Position numbers and translations under genes: made by a program | Notes under the pieces: model-generated | Databases searched by the model: none | What the model was told of the DNA's origin: nothing | The model's input: the letters and a program-made list of their open reading frames with translations, nothing else | In this document: in pieces, positions 26,387 to 34,915 of the stretch | Position numbering within the stretch: position 1 is the stretch's first letter | How the letters are laid out: each line of letters starts with the position of its first letter | Source: Gemmatimonadota bacterium | GTDB taxonomy: Bacteria > Gemmatimonadota > Gemmatimonadetes > Gemmatimonadales > GWC2-71-9 | Length of the DNA: 64,000 nt | Assembly (NCBI GenBank): GCA_041691295.1 | Contig: JBEPVA010000002.1 | Coordinates: 4,271-68,270, forward strand | Reading direction: 5' to 3'

Positions 26387-26409
26387 CATTGCAGCGCAAT
26401 GCTTTGTGT
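26387..26409 (+). terminator. weak hairpin plus T-rich tail after aroB
   Basis: CATTGC-AGC-GCAATG followed by CTTTGTGT. The stem is short (6 bp) with a 3-nt loop. Confidence 0.3.
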
Positions 26410-26478
26410 CTAGTCCTTCCGGCAAACTTACCCACAATTCATGTGGAAGGTCGACAACCACTGGAACTGCATAGCCAG

Positions 26479-26506
26479 TAACAATTTGTGATGTTGATAA
26501 CAATTT
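26479..26506 (+). promoter_or_regulatory. A/T-rich direct repeat TAACAATTT x2 just upstream of the -35 (UP-element-like or activator site)
   Basis: TAACAATTT at 26479-26487 and 26498-26506 (19-nt offset), ending 5 nt before the -35 hexamer. Confidence 0.4.
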
Positions 26507-26510
26507 TCGC

Positions 26511-26539
26511 TTGACCGCTTTTCCCCCATTTCCTATATT
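26511..26539 (+). promoter_or_regulatory. sigma70-type promoter candidate for the sigma factor gene: TTGACC -17 nt- TATATT
   Basis: TTGACC at 26511-26516, a 17-nt spacer, TATATT at 26534-26539. Located in a visibly lower-GC intergenic island about 70 nt upstream of ATG 26612. Confidence 0.6.
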
Positions 26540-26611
26540 GGCTCTCCTCTTTGCGGCAACATTACGCCGCATTCCCAAGACAATTGAGTTGGCCCGATCT
26601 CCTTCGCAGGG

Positions 26612-27511
26612 GTGGACATGGCTGCTACACGCGTGAGCAAGACCAAGGCGTTCTTCCGCCCTGTCGCCTCTGGCTCGTTCGATCAATACCTCCTCGACAT
26701 CCAGAAATTGCCCATGATCACCGACATTCGGGAGGAACGCCGATTGGCGCGCCTGGCCCAGGACGGTGATCCCAAGGCCGCCGAACGCCTGGTCACCGCC
26801 AATCTCCGGTTCGTGATCTCATACGTGAAGAAATACCAGGGGCACGGACTCGAACTCTCGGAACTGGTCGCCATCGGCAATGAAGGGCTGCTCAAGGCCG
26901 TCAGAAAATTTGATCCGGACCACGGCGTGAAATTCATTTCGTACGCGGTCTGGTGGGTCCGACAGGCCGTCCTCAAGGCCCTCGCCGAGCAGACCCGCAG
27001 CGTCCGCATCCCGCTCAATCAGAACAGCGCCCTCATCAAGATGTCCAAGGCTGAGTCGTTTCTGTCCCAGGAACTGGGCCGGGAACCGACCGACGCCGAG
27101 ATTGCGGTGGCTCTCAACGACAGCGTGGAGAACATCCGCTCGGCTCGCCGAATGACCTCGGCGGAGATGTCGCTCGACGCGCCAGTGGAACGGTCCGATC
27201 GGAATAGCGGCAATCTCGGGGAGCGGGTGGCCGGCGTGGCCGGGCACGACATCGAGGACCGCACCGATGCCGGGCTGACCCGAGAGTTCATCGACCGGCT
27301 GTTCGAGCGCTACCTTACGCCCCGGGAACGCAAGATTCTGTATCTCTACTATGGGCTGGAGGAGGGTTCGGAGGCGCTGACTCTTGAGCGGATCGGTGAA
27401 CTGTTGGGCGTCACCCGGGAGCGGATTCGCCAGATCCGGGAGCGCGCCTTTGAGAAGTTGCGCCAGTCGCCCGACGTCAAGGGTCTCAACGGGTCCTGGA
27501 TCGCCGCCTGA
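26612..27511 (+). CDS. RNA polymerase sigma-70 family factor, short RpoD-like (resembles the ~32 kDa primary sigma of Bacteroidota/FCB group)
   Basis: Regions 1.2-4 are present: ..DQYLLDIQKLPMIT.., ..ANLRFVISYVKKYQGHGLELSELVAIGNEGLLKAVRKFDPDHGVKFISYAVWWVRQAVLKAL.., ..RIPLNQ.., and C-terminal ..LTLERIGELLGVTRERIRQIRERAFEKLR. Confidence 0.85.
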   Translation: MDMAATRVSKTKAFFRPVASGSFDQYLLDIQKLPMITDIREERRLARLAQDGDPKAAERLVTANLRFVISYVKKYQGHGLELSELVAIGNEGLLKAVRKFDPDHGVKFISYAVWWVRQAVLKALAEQTRSVRIPLNQNSALIKMSKAESFLSQELGREPTDAEIAVALNDSVENIRSARRMTSAEMSLDAPVERSDRNSGNLGERVAGVAGHDIEDRTDAGLTREFIDRLFERYLTPRERKILYLYYGLEEGSEALTLERIGELLGVTRERIRQIRERAFEKLRQSPDVKGLNGSWIAA

Positions 27512-27547
27512 CCCGGTGGGGCGGCCCGAGCGGGATATATTCCCCGC

Positions 27548-28213
27548 ATGGCCGCCCCGCTTGCCATTTTCCCCCTGGACGTCGTTCTCTTCCCCGGCGC
27601 CCTGCTTCCACTCCACATCTTCGAGCCGCGGTATCGCCAGCTGCTGGCGGACTGCCTCGAACGGCAACAGCCGTTCGGATTGATCCAGCCCGCCCCTGAC
27701 GGCCACCGCCCTGTTCCGGGCGGCGTCGGTGGCCTGGCCCGCGTCGAGCATCACGAGCAGCTCACCGATGGGCGCAGTCACATCCTGGTCCAGGGCACCG
27801 GACGATTCCGCCTCGATCATTACCTGGATTCCGACCGGCTCTATCCGGTGGCCCGGTTCACTGGCGTGGTCGATCGACAGGACTCGGCTCCCTCGGCCGC
27901 CAGCCTGGCCGAGCTCCGCCTGATCGGCGAGCGCTACCGCCAGGTCGCGGCGGCGCTGCACGACATCACCACCAGCTCGGGACCCTGGTCCGATGATGCC
28001 GAGCTGCTCTCCTTTCAGGTGGCGGCCGAACTGGAGCTCAGCGGCTCGACGCAGTGGCGGCTGCTGGCGCTCGACCGCACCGATGCCCGAGTCACGCAGC
28101 TGCTGGAAATCGCCCCCAGCCTGCTGGACGAACTGACCCTGCGGGCCGCGATTCACGTCGGAGCGCAGAGCAACGGCAAGGGCCACCGCCTGCCATCTTC
28201 GGGACCGCAATGA
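27548..28213 (+). CDS. LON N-terminal (substrate-binding) domain protein
   Basis: FPLDVVLFPGALLPLHIFEPRYRQLL is the hallmark start of the LON/PUA-like domain. 221 aa, with no AAA or protease domain. Confidence 0.8.
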   Translation: MAAPLAIFPLDVVLFPGALLPLHIFEPRYRQLLADCLERQQPFGLIQPAPDGHRPVPGGVGGLARVEHHEQLTDGRSHILVQGTGRFRLDHYLDSDRLYPVARFTGVVDRQDSAPSAASLAELRLIGERYRQVAAALHDITTSSGPWSDDAELLSFQVAAELELSGSTQWRLLALDRTDARVTQLLEIAPSLLDELTLRAAIHVGAQSNGKGHRLPSSGPQ

Positions 28214-29628
28214 ACGTCGACGCGGTGGCGCAATCCTTGTCCGGCATCGTGGGGCCGCGGTGGGTCCGGACCCGGCGAGCGGAGCTGGCCACCTTTCGCG
28301 CCGATGGCCTGCCAACCCATGAGTCGACTCCGGGACTGGTGGTACTGCCGGCCAGCCGGGCCGAGGTGATTGCCGTAATGCGCCAACTGGATCACGACGG
28401 GGTCTCGTTCGTGGCGCGGGGTGCTGGCACCGGGCTGTCCGGCGGGGCGCTGGCCGATCCCTCCACGGTCCTGCTCTCGCTGACCCGGCTCAACCGGATC
28501 CTGGGTATCGACGCGGTCAATCGCCGCGCCCGGGTCGAGCCCGGCGTTGTGAATGCCCGGCTTTCCGAAGCGGCTGCCCCGCATGGATTGTTCTACGCGC
28601 CGGATCCCTCCAGCCAGACCGCCTGCACGCTCGGCGGCAACGTGGCCGAGAATGCCGGCGGACCGCACTGCCTCAAGTACGGCGTCACCACCAACCATGT
28701 CGTGGCGCTCGAGGTCGTGCTGACCGACGGCAGCGTGGTCAGGCTCGGGTCGGCCCAGGGCGAATGCTGGGGCCCTGACCTGGTCGGCCTGCTGGTCGGC
28801 AGTGAGGGGATGTTTGGTGTCGTCACCGAGATCACGGTGCGGCTCGAGCCGATTCCGGTCAGCGTGCGCACCATTGCCGCCGACTTCATGGCATTGCGCG
28901 CGGCCGGTGAAGCGGTGTCGGCGATCATCGCCTCGGGCGTGGTACCCGCCGCGCTCGAGATGATGGATCAGTCGTGCCTCAAGGCGGTCGAGGCATCGAT
29001 CTACGCCACCGGCGCTCCGACCGACATCGCGGCGCTGTTATTGGTTGAGCTGGACGGGCCGACCGAATCGGTTGCGGCGGAGAGCGCGCTGGTAGAGGCC
29101 ATGCTCCGGCGGCACGGCGCCCGCGACATCCGCGTAGCGGTCCAGGCGTTGGACCGGGCCCGGCTCTGGCAGGGCCGCAAGAAGGCCTTCGGCGCGCTGG
29201 GCCGGCTGGCGCCCGATCTGGTGGTGCAGGACGCCGTGGTACCGCGCTCCGCACTGCCGGATATCCTCGACCGGATTGCGGCGATCCGTGACCGGCTCGG
29301 ACTGCAGATCAGCAATGTGTTCCATGCCGGCGACGGCAATCTCCATCCCTGTATCAGCTTCGACCGCCGTGACCCGGAGCTCAGCCAACGGGTCGAGCTG
29401 GCCAGCCGCGAAATCATGACGGCCTGCCTCGACGCCGGCGGCAGCCTGACTGGCGAGCACGGTGTCGGTGCCGACAAGATGGCCTACATGCCGGCTGCGT
29501 TTACCTCCGCCACCCTGCACGCGATGCTCGACGTGAAGCGGGTGTTCGATCCCGGCGGGCGGGCCAACCCCGGCAAGGTATTTCCTACTCACGTCTGCCG
29601 TGAATGGCGGCGAGGACACGCCGCATGA
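28210..29628 (+). CDS. glcD: glycolate oxidase subunit GlcD (FAD-linked oxidase)
   Basis: ATG 28210 overlaps the upstream stop (ATGA). ..FVARGAGTGLSGGA.. FAD-binding PCMH motif, ..GSLTGEHGVGADK.. C-terminal motif. Confidence 0.85.
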   Translation: MNVDAVAQSLSGIVGPRWVRTRRAELATFRADGLPTHESTPGLVVLPASRAEVIAVMRQLDHDGVSFVARGAGTGLSGGALADPSTVLLSLTRLNRILGIDAVNRRARVEPGVVNARLSEAAAPHGLFYAPDPSSQTACTLGGNVAENAGGPHCLKYGVTTNHVVALEVVLTDGSVVRLGSAQGECWGPDLVGLLVGSEGMFGVVTEITVRLEPIPVSVRTIAADFMALRAAGEAVSAIIASGVVPAALEMMDQSCLKAVEASIYATGAPTDIAALLLVELDGPTESVAAESALVEAMLRRHGARDIRVAVQALDRARLWQGRKKAFGALGRLAPDLVVQDAVVPRSALPDILDRIAAIRDRLGLQISNVFHAGDGNLHPCISFDRRDPELSQRVELASREIMTACLDAGGSLTGEHGVGADKMAYMPAAFTSATLHAMLDVKRVFDPGGRANPGKVFPTHVCREWRRGHAA

Positions 29629-30842
29629 GCGCCGCGCTGATCGCCCGGCTGGGAGAAATTGCGGGTCCGGCTTCGGTCGAGAAGGATCCGCGGGGGCTGC
29701 CGCGGGTGGCGCCGGATTCCGAGGAGGCGCTGGCGCTGGTCTGTCGTGAGGCGCATGCCCAGGGCTGGCGAATCCGGATCGAAGGCCGCGGCAGCTGGCT
29801 GCCGGCCGATGCCCCGGCCGACTTTGCACTGAGTACCCGATCGCTCGACCGGATCGTGGCGGTCAGCGCGGCCAATCTCGTGGCCACCATCCAGGCCGGT
29901 GCCAGTTTCGAGCGGGTGCGACGCGCGCTGCACGATGCGGGGCTCTGGCTGGCTATCGATCCGCCCGGCAATCCCGAGCGGACTCTCGGCTCGGTCGTGG
30001 CCACCAGTACCGCCGGTCCGCTGCGGCAGGGATTCGGTCCGGTGCGCGATCACGTGCTCGGGCTGAACGTGGTGACTGGTGATGGCCGGGTGCTGCAGGC
30101 CGGCGGCCGGGTGGTCAAGAATGTGGCGGGCTACGACCTCACCAAGCTGCAGGTCGGCGGCTTCGGCGCCTTTGGCATCGTGACCACCCTCCACCTTCGA
30201 TTGCGCGCCCTGCTGCCGGCCGATGCCACGCTGCTGCTGGCCGGGGCCCGCGACCGGCTCACCCTCGTCGCGCGCGAGCTGGTGGCCACCGGCATCCCAT
30301 ACGCGGCGCTGGAACTCTTTTCTCCCGCGCTGGCGGCCGGCGCCGAGTGGACGCTCGCGGTCCGGCTGATGGGAGCGCCCGCGGCGATCGAGCCGGAAGC
30401 GGCCCGGCTGATCGGCAGCACCAGCAATTCGTGGCATCGCCTGGCGCCCGATCGGGCCACCAGCTTCTGGAGCCAGGCTTCGCGAGGCATCCTGGCCGGC
30501 GCGGTCACCCTCCGACTCGGCACCGTGCTCGATGGGCTGGATGAACTGCTCGACCTGTTGCATCAACAGATCGGCGAGGGACTGGTGTCGGCCGGCGCCG
30601 GCAGCGGCAGCGTGCGCTGGTCGGGAACGGCGGGCGCGGAGCGGATTCGCGAACTGCGGCGGCTGACCGCGGCCCGGGAAATTCCCCTGACGCTCGAACG
30701 GGCGCCGTGGGAATTGCGCCGGCGCCTGGGGCACTTCGGCGCGTACCGCGAGGGGGTAGGTCGGCTGGTCGGCCGGCTGCGCGAAGCGTTCGACCCCACC
30801 GAGCGGCTGCAGGTCGCGATCGAAGGGTCCGATGGCGACTGA
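29625..30842 (+). CDS. glcE: glycolate oxidase FAD-binding subunit GlcE
   Basis: FAD_binding_4-like sequence (..IEGRGSWL.., ..VKNVAGYDLTKL..). Positioned between glcD and glcF. ATGA overlap with glcD. Confidence 0.8.
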   Translation: MSAALIARLGEIAGPASVEKDPRGLPRVAPDSEEALALVCREAHAQGWRIRIEGRGSWLPADAPADFALSTRSLDRIVAVSAANLVATIQAGASFERVRRALHDAGLWLAIDPPGNPERTLGSVVATSTAGPLRQGFGPVRDHVLGLNVVTGDGRVLQAGGRVVKNVAGYDLTKLQVGGFGAFGIVTTLHLRLRALLPADATLLLAGARDRLTLVARELVATGIPYAALELFSPALAAGAEWTLAVRLMGAPAAIEPEAARLIGSTSNSWHRLAPDRATSFWSQASRGILAGAVTLRLGTVLDGLDELLDLLHQQIGEGLVSAGAGSGSVRWSGTAGAERIRELRRLTAAREIPLTLERAPWELRRRLGHFGAYREGVGRLVGRLREAFDPTERLQVAIEGSDGD

Positions 30843-32145
30843 GATCGAGCCGGCCCGGGGCTTCCGGGCGCTCGATCCCTGTGTCCACTGCGGATTCTGT
30901 CTCCCCGCCTGTCCGACATACCTCGCCACCGGTGATGAAGCCGACAGCCCGCGCGGGCGCATCGTGCTGATGCGTGCCCTCGAGCGGGGCGAACTACCCG
31001 CTGACGATCCCGCCCTCAATGAACATCTCGATGCCTGCCTCGGCTGCCGAGGCTGCGAGCCGGTCTGCCCGGCCGGGGTCGGCTACGGCCAGGGCATCGA
31101 AGCCGCGCGCACCCTGCTCGCCGCCCGCCGAGGGCTGCCGGTCAAGGCCCGGGCCGTGCTCGCCGTATTCAGGTACCGGTGGCTGTGGCGGCCGCTGCTC
31201 ACGATGGCGCGGTGGTTTCGGGAGACCGGCCTGGCCCGGAGACTCTCCGGCAGAGACCGGCTCGGATTCAGCATGGCAATGCTGGCCAGCTCACGTGAAG
31301 GATCGTCGGGCCGTTGGACCGTCGGACCATCGGAGGGTTCGCACTCAGCGATCGACCCGCCCGTCTCGTCCGTCTCGCCCGCCACATCCGTCTTACCCGT
31401 CCTACCCGTCTCGGCTACCGTCGCGCTGTTTACCGGCTGCGTGATGAATGAGTTGTTCGGTCACGTCCATGCCGCCACCCGGCGCACACTGCAGGCCAAT
31501 GGATACCGGGTCATCGAAGTGTCGGGCCAGGTCTGCTGCGGAGCGCTGCATGCCCATGCCGGTGATCATTCAGCCGCCGCCGCCCTGGCGCAACGCAACC
31601 TGGCCGCCTTCGACGGACAGGCCGACTTCATCGTGATCAACAGCGCCGGATGCGGCGCGCTGCTCAAGGAGTACGGCCACCTGGTCGAAGGAGCGGCGGC
31701 GACCGACTTCGGATCCCGGGTCAAGGACGTCTCCGAGCTGCTGGCCGAGCGGGGGCCGAGGATCGGCGCGGCGCTGGACATCGATGTCGCCTACGACGCA
31801 CCCTGTCACCTGCAGCACGCCCAGCACATCCAGTTCCCGCCGCTGGCGGTGCTCGGCGCAATTCGTGGCACCCGAGTGCGTCTGCTGTCCGGTTCCGACC
31901 GGTGCTGCGGCAGCGCCGGGATCTACTCGATGCTCGAGCCGGGGATGTCCCGTGCGGTCCTGGCCGACAAGATCGCGACCATCGCAGAGGCCGTACCACG
32001 GCCCTCGGTCGTGGCCACCGGCAACCCCGGGTGCCTGATGCAAATCGGGGCCGGGCTGATGGTCGATGGCCTGCCGATCGAAGCGCGGCATCCGGTGGAG
32101 CTGCTTGACGAGTCGTATCGGAGGGCAGGATTTTACCGGGCGTGA
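30832..32145 (+). CDS. glcF: glycolate oxidase iron-sulfur subunit GlcF (carries an in-frame repeat-derived insertion)
   Basis: CVHCGFCLPACPTY and CLGCRGCEPVCPAGV (2x 4Fe-4S motifs). Two CCG-type Cys-rich domains (..QVCCGA.., ..DRCCGSAG..). The linker region ..SSREGSSGRWTVGPSEGSHSAIDPPVSSVSPATSVLPVLPVSA.. is encoded by the repeat element at 31300-31414. Confidence 0.85.
   Translation: MATEIEPARGFRALDPCVHCGFCLPACPTYLATGDEADSPRGRIVLMRALERGELPADDPALNEHLDACLGCRGCEPVCPAGVGYGQGIEAARTLLAARRGLPVKARAVLAVFRYRWLWRPLLTMARWFRETGLARRLSGRDRLGFSMAMLASSREGSSGRWTVGPSEGSHSAIDPPVSSVSPATSVLPVLPVSATVALFTGCVMNELFGHVHAATRRTLQANGYRVIEVSGQVCCGALHAHAGDHSAAAALAQRNLAAFDGQADFIVINSAGCGALLKEYGHLVEGAAATDFGSRVKDVSELLAERGPRIGAALDIDVAYDAPCHLQHAQHIQFPPLAVLGAIRGTRVRLLSGSDRCCGSAGIYSMLEPGMSRAVLADKIATIAEAVPRPSVVATGNPGCLMQIGAGLMVDGLPIEARHPVELLDESYRRAGFYRA
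31300..31414. repeat. bipartite element inside glcF: (GGNCCNTC)x5 octamers ... (CCGTCYNNN)x6 nonamers
   Basis: GGATCGTC GGGCCGTT GGACCGTC GGACCATC GGAGGGTT (31300-31339). CCGTCTCGT CCGTCTCGC CCGCCACAT CCGTCTTAC CCGTCCTAC CCGTCTCGG (31361-31414). Confidence 0.85.
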
Positions 32146-32218
32146 GACGTGACAGGTGAGGGGTGACAGGGAACAACCCCCTCTTACTTTTTACCTCTCA
32201 CGCTCTGCTGGTTCCCCT
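32142..32218. repeat. phased heptamer element: (GTGASAS)x4 ... pyrimidine-rich heptamers
   Basis: GTGAGAC GTGACAG GTGAGGG GTGACAG GGAACAA CCCCCTC TTACTTT TTACCTC TCACGCT CTGCTGG TTCCCCT. Begins on the glcF TGA and runs to the next ATG. Confidence 0.8.
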
Positions 32219-32230
32219 TATGTTTCCCCC

Positions 32231-32893
32231 ATGCCTCAATCGATCCTGTTCGACTTCAACGGCGTCATCGCCGATGACGAGCGGCTGCACTGCGATGCCC
32301 TGATCGCGACCCTCGACACCCTCGGCTTTCCGCTCGACCGCGACACCTACTACCGGGATTATCTCGGATTCGATGACCGGGCGTGCTTCCGGCATGCCTT
32401 TGAGCGGATGGGTCGCCGGGTCGACGACCGATCGATCGAAGCGGTGATTGCGGCCAAGGGTGCCCGCTACGAGGCAGCCATGTCGGCCTCGATGGCGCTG
32501 GTCCCTGGTGCCATCGATTTTGTTCGGCGGGCCCACGCTGATGGGATCAGGCTGGCCATCGTCTCCGGTGCGCTGCGCCGGGAAATCGAGCTGGTGCTGG
32601 CGCATACCGGGCTGACGCCGTGCTTCTCGGCCATCGTGGCCGCCGAAGATGTGCCGGCGTGCAAACCGGATCCGGCGGGGTTCTGCCTCGGCCTGGTCCG
32701 TCTGGCGGCCGACCCGCGTCACACGGTCGTGATCGAGGATTCGCTGCCCGGGCTCAAGGCCGCTCGCGCCGCCGGACTGCGGTGCGCCATGCTGACCACG
32801 TCCCACCCGGTCAGCGAGCTGACCGGGGCCGACCTGATCTGGGACAACCTGTCCGGCCGCACCCCCTCGGAACTGCCGTGGGCCACAGCATGA
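32231..32893 (+). CDS. HAD-superfamily hydrolase (beta-phosphoglucomutase / phosphoglycolate phosphatase-like)
   Basis: MPQSILFDFNGVIADDE (DxN/DG motif I), ..IVSGALRREI.., ..KPDPAGF.., ..VVIEDSLPGLKAARAAG.. (motif IV). Confidence 0.8.
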   Translation: MPQSILFDFNGVIADDERLHCDALIATLDTLGFPLDRDTYYRDYLGFDDRACFRHAFERMGRRVDDRSIEAVIAAKGARYEAAMSASMALVPGAIDFVRRAHADGIRLAIVSGALRREIELVLAHTGLTPCFSAIVAAEDVPACKPDPAGFCLGLVRLAADPRHTVVIEDSLPGLKAARAAGLRCAMLTTSHPVSELTGADLIWDNLSGRTPSELPWATA

Positions 32894-33876
32894 TCTCCGG
32901 TCCGACCCTCGGCCGCGAGCACCTGCGCCGGCTGCGCCAGGACGCGGTGATGGTCGCCGCGCCGCTGTCGGTGCTGGGTATTGCCGGACCCAAGGCACTG
33001 GAGTGCCTGCAGGGATTGCTGACCAACGACCTGGCCAAGCCCGGTGCCGGCAGCATCACCTATGGCGCATTGTTGACCCCGAAGGGAATGCTGGTGGTCG
33101 ATGCCTGGGTCATTCGGCTCGCCGAGCAATTTGTCTGGCTCACTCCCTCAGCCAGGAAAGACCCCACCCTGGGCATTTTCCGGAAAAGCCTGCCGCCACG
33201 ATTGGCGTCGGCCGAGGACCAGAGTGCCGGTCGAACGGTCCTGGCCCTCTACGGCGCCCGGGCCATTGCGATGCTCGCTGACGCCGGGATCTCACCCGCG
33301 CCTGAGCCCGGAAGGGTGATCGAGACCGTGTTCGGTGGCTGGCCCCTGATCCTGGCCCGGCCTGCCATCGCCCCGTTTGCGGTCCTGATGATCGTGGGCA
33401 GTGAAGTGGTTGAATCGCTGACCAATCATCTGACCCGTTCCGGCATCAGCCTGGGCGATGAGACCGACGTCGAGGCGGCCCGCATCCTGGCCGGATGGCC
33501 GGCCCTCGGCAGCGAGGTCGATGAAAAGACGCTGCCGCAGGAAGTCCGCTACGACGAGAACGAGGGAGTGTCCTACACCAAGGGATGTTACGTCGGCCAG
33601 GAAACCGTGGCCCGGCTCCACTTTCGAGGCCACGCCAACCGCGAGTTGCGCGGACTGGTCTGGCAAGGTGGGCCGCCGCCTGCCTCCAGTGTGATCAGGC
33701 CGGATGGCAAGCCGGCCGGCGAAATTTCCTCAGTGCTCCAGCTGCCTGACCGCACCCTTGGCCTGATCAAGATCCGTCGTGAGGTCCTCGAGCAGGGTGT
33801 CACTGAGCTCGATGCGGGCGGCGCCACCGCTCGCCTGGTGTCACTACCATTCGCCACCAGCGACCTGACGGAATGA
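32890..33876 (+). CDS. ygfZ: YgfZ/GcvT-like folate-binding protein
   Basis: ATG 32890 overlaps the upstream stop. ..GPKALECLQGLLTNDL.. and the signature ..SYTKGCYVGQETVARLHFRGHANRELRGL.. Confidence 0.75.
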   Translation: MISGPTLGREHLRRLRQDAVMVAAPLSVLGIAGPKALECLQGLLTNDLAKPGAGSITYGALLTPKGMLVVDAWVIRLAEQFVWLTPSARKDPTLGIFRKSLPPRLASAEDQSAGRTVLALYGARAIAMLADAGISPAPEPGRVIETVFGGWPLILARPAIAPFAVLMIVGSEVVESLTNHLTRSGISLGDETDVEAARILAGWPALGSEVDEKTLPQEVRYDENEGVSYTKGCYVGQETVARLHFRGHANRELRGLVWQGGPPPASSVIRPDGKPAGEISSVLQLPDRTLGLIKIRREVLEQGVTELDAGGATARLVSLPFATSDLTE

Positions 33877-34862
33877 TCTTCGTCACCGGCGGCACCGGGC
33901 TGGTCGGCCGCCACCTGCTCGAAGCGCTCCGCTCTCGCGGCCTCCCCGTGCGGGCACTGGTCCGCAATTCCGCCTCCGCCGCACAGGTCCGAGCCCTCGG
34001 CGCCGTTCCCATGGAGGGAGAGGTCGAAGACCCCGCACTGTGGGCCAGGATCGGGGATTGCTCCGCAATCATTCATGCGGCCGCGCTGGTCACCACCGGA
34101 GCCACCTGGAGCCGGTACCAGGCGGTCAACGTCGACGCGACGAGAAGGGCCGCCGAGCGGGCCCGCCAGCTGGGCATCCCGATCGTGCTGATCTCGTCGG
34201 TCGCAGTGTATGGTCCGGCCGGGGATGGCGGAGGAGCCGAGTCGCTGGATGAAAATTATCCGTTCGGGCCGCTGGATGATCCGAACATCTACGCCCGGTC
34301 CAAGCGGCTGGGCGAGCTGGCGTTCTGGGAAGGAGCGGCGGGGAGCCGCGCGGTGGCGTTCCGGCCCTGCGTGATCTACGGCGAAGGGGATCGCCAGTTC
34401 CTGCCGCGGGTCATTCGAATGGCGCGATCGGGCGTTCTCCCGGTATTCGGCCACGACCCGCAGCCACTGGCGCTGGTCCATGCACGGCACATTGCCCAGG
34501 CCATCCTGCTCGGTCTCGACAGCAACAAGGGGTGGGGTCGCTCGTACAACCTGGTCGATCCGTGGCGGATGGTGGCGCCGGAGTTCATCGCCGCCATCGG
34601 ACGGGGCCTGAACCGGAAAGTGACCCCGGTCCGGATTCCGATGCCGCTGGCCCGGTTTGCCGCCCGGGCCGCCGATCTCGCAGTGGGACTGCTCCCGGGC
34701 AGCCTGCCTTCGAAGCCCTCCGGCATCGTTCGATACTGGCGCGGCACCAACCCCTACTCGGCGCGAGCTGTGGTCGCCGAGCTCGGCTGGAAGCCGGACA
34801 TTCCCCCCGAGCAGGGCATTCCCGCTGCCGTGAAGGCCATCGTGATGGCATCAGGGCACTGA
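33873..34862 (+). CDS. NAD-dependent epimerase/dehydratase (extended SDR)
   Basis: MIFVTGGTGLVGRHLL (GxxGxxG), ..YARSK.. (YxxxK). ATGA overlap with ygfZ. Confidence 0.8.
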   Translation: MIFVTGGTGLVGRHLLEALRSRGLPVRALVRNSASAAQVRALGAVPMEGEVEDPALWARIGDCSAIIHAAALVTTGATWSRYQAVNVDATRRAAERARQLGIPIVLISSVAVYGPAGDGGGAESLDENYPFGPLDDPNIYARSKRLGELAFWEGAAGSRAVAFRPCVIYGEGDRQFLPRVIRMARSGVLPVFGHDPQPLALVHARHIAQAILLGLDSNKGWGRSYNLVDPWRMVAPEFIAAIGRGLNRKVTPVRIPMPLARFAARAADLAVGLLPGSLPSKPSGIVRYWRGTNPYSARAVVAELGWKPDIPPEQGIPAAVKAIVMASGH

Positions 34863-34872
34863 CAATAGAAAG

Positions 34873-34892
34873 GCCCCGGGAAACCGGGGCCG
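34873..34892. terminator. bidirectional hairpin terminator between convergent SDR and lipoprotein genes
   Basis: GGCCCCGG-GAAA-CCGGGGCC, a perfect 8-bp GC stem. On the minus strand it is followed by TTTCTATT. Confidence 0.7.
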
Positions 34893-34915
34893 TTCGTGAC
34901 TGACCCCGCAGTGGA

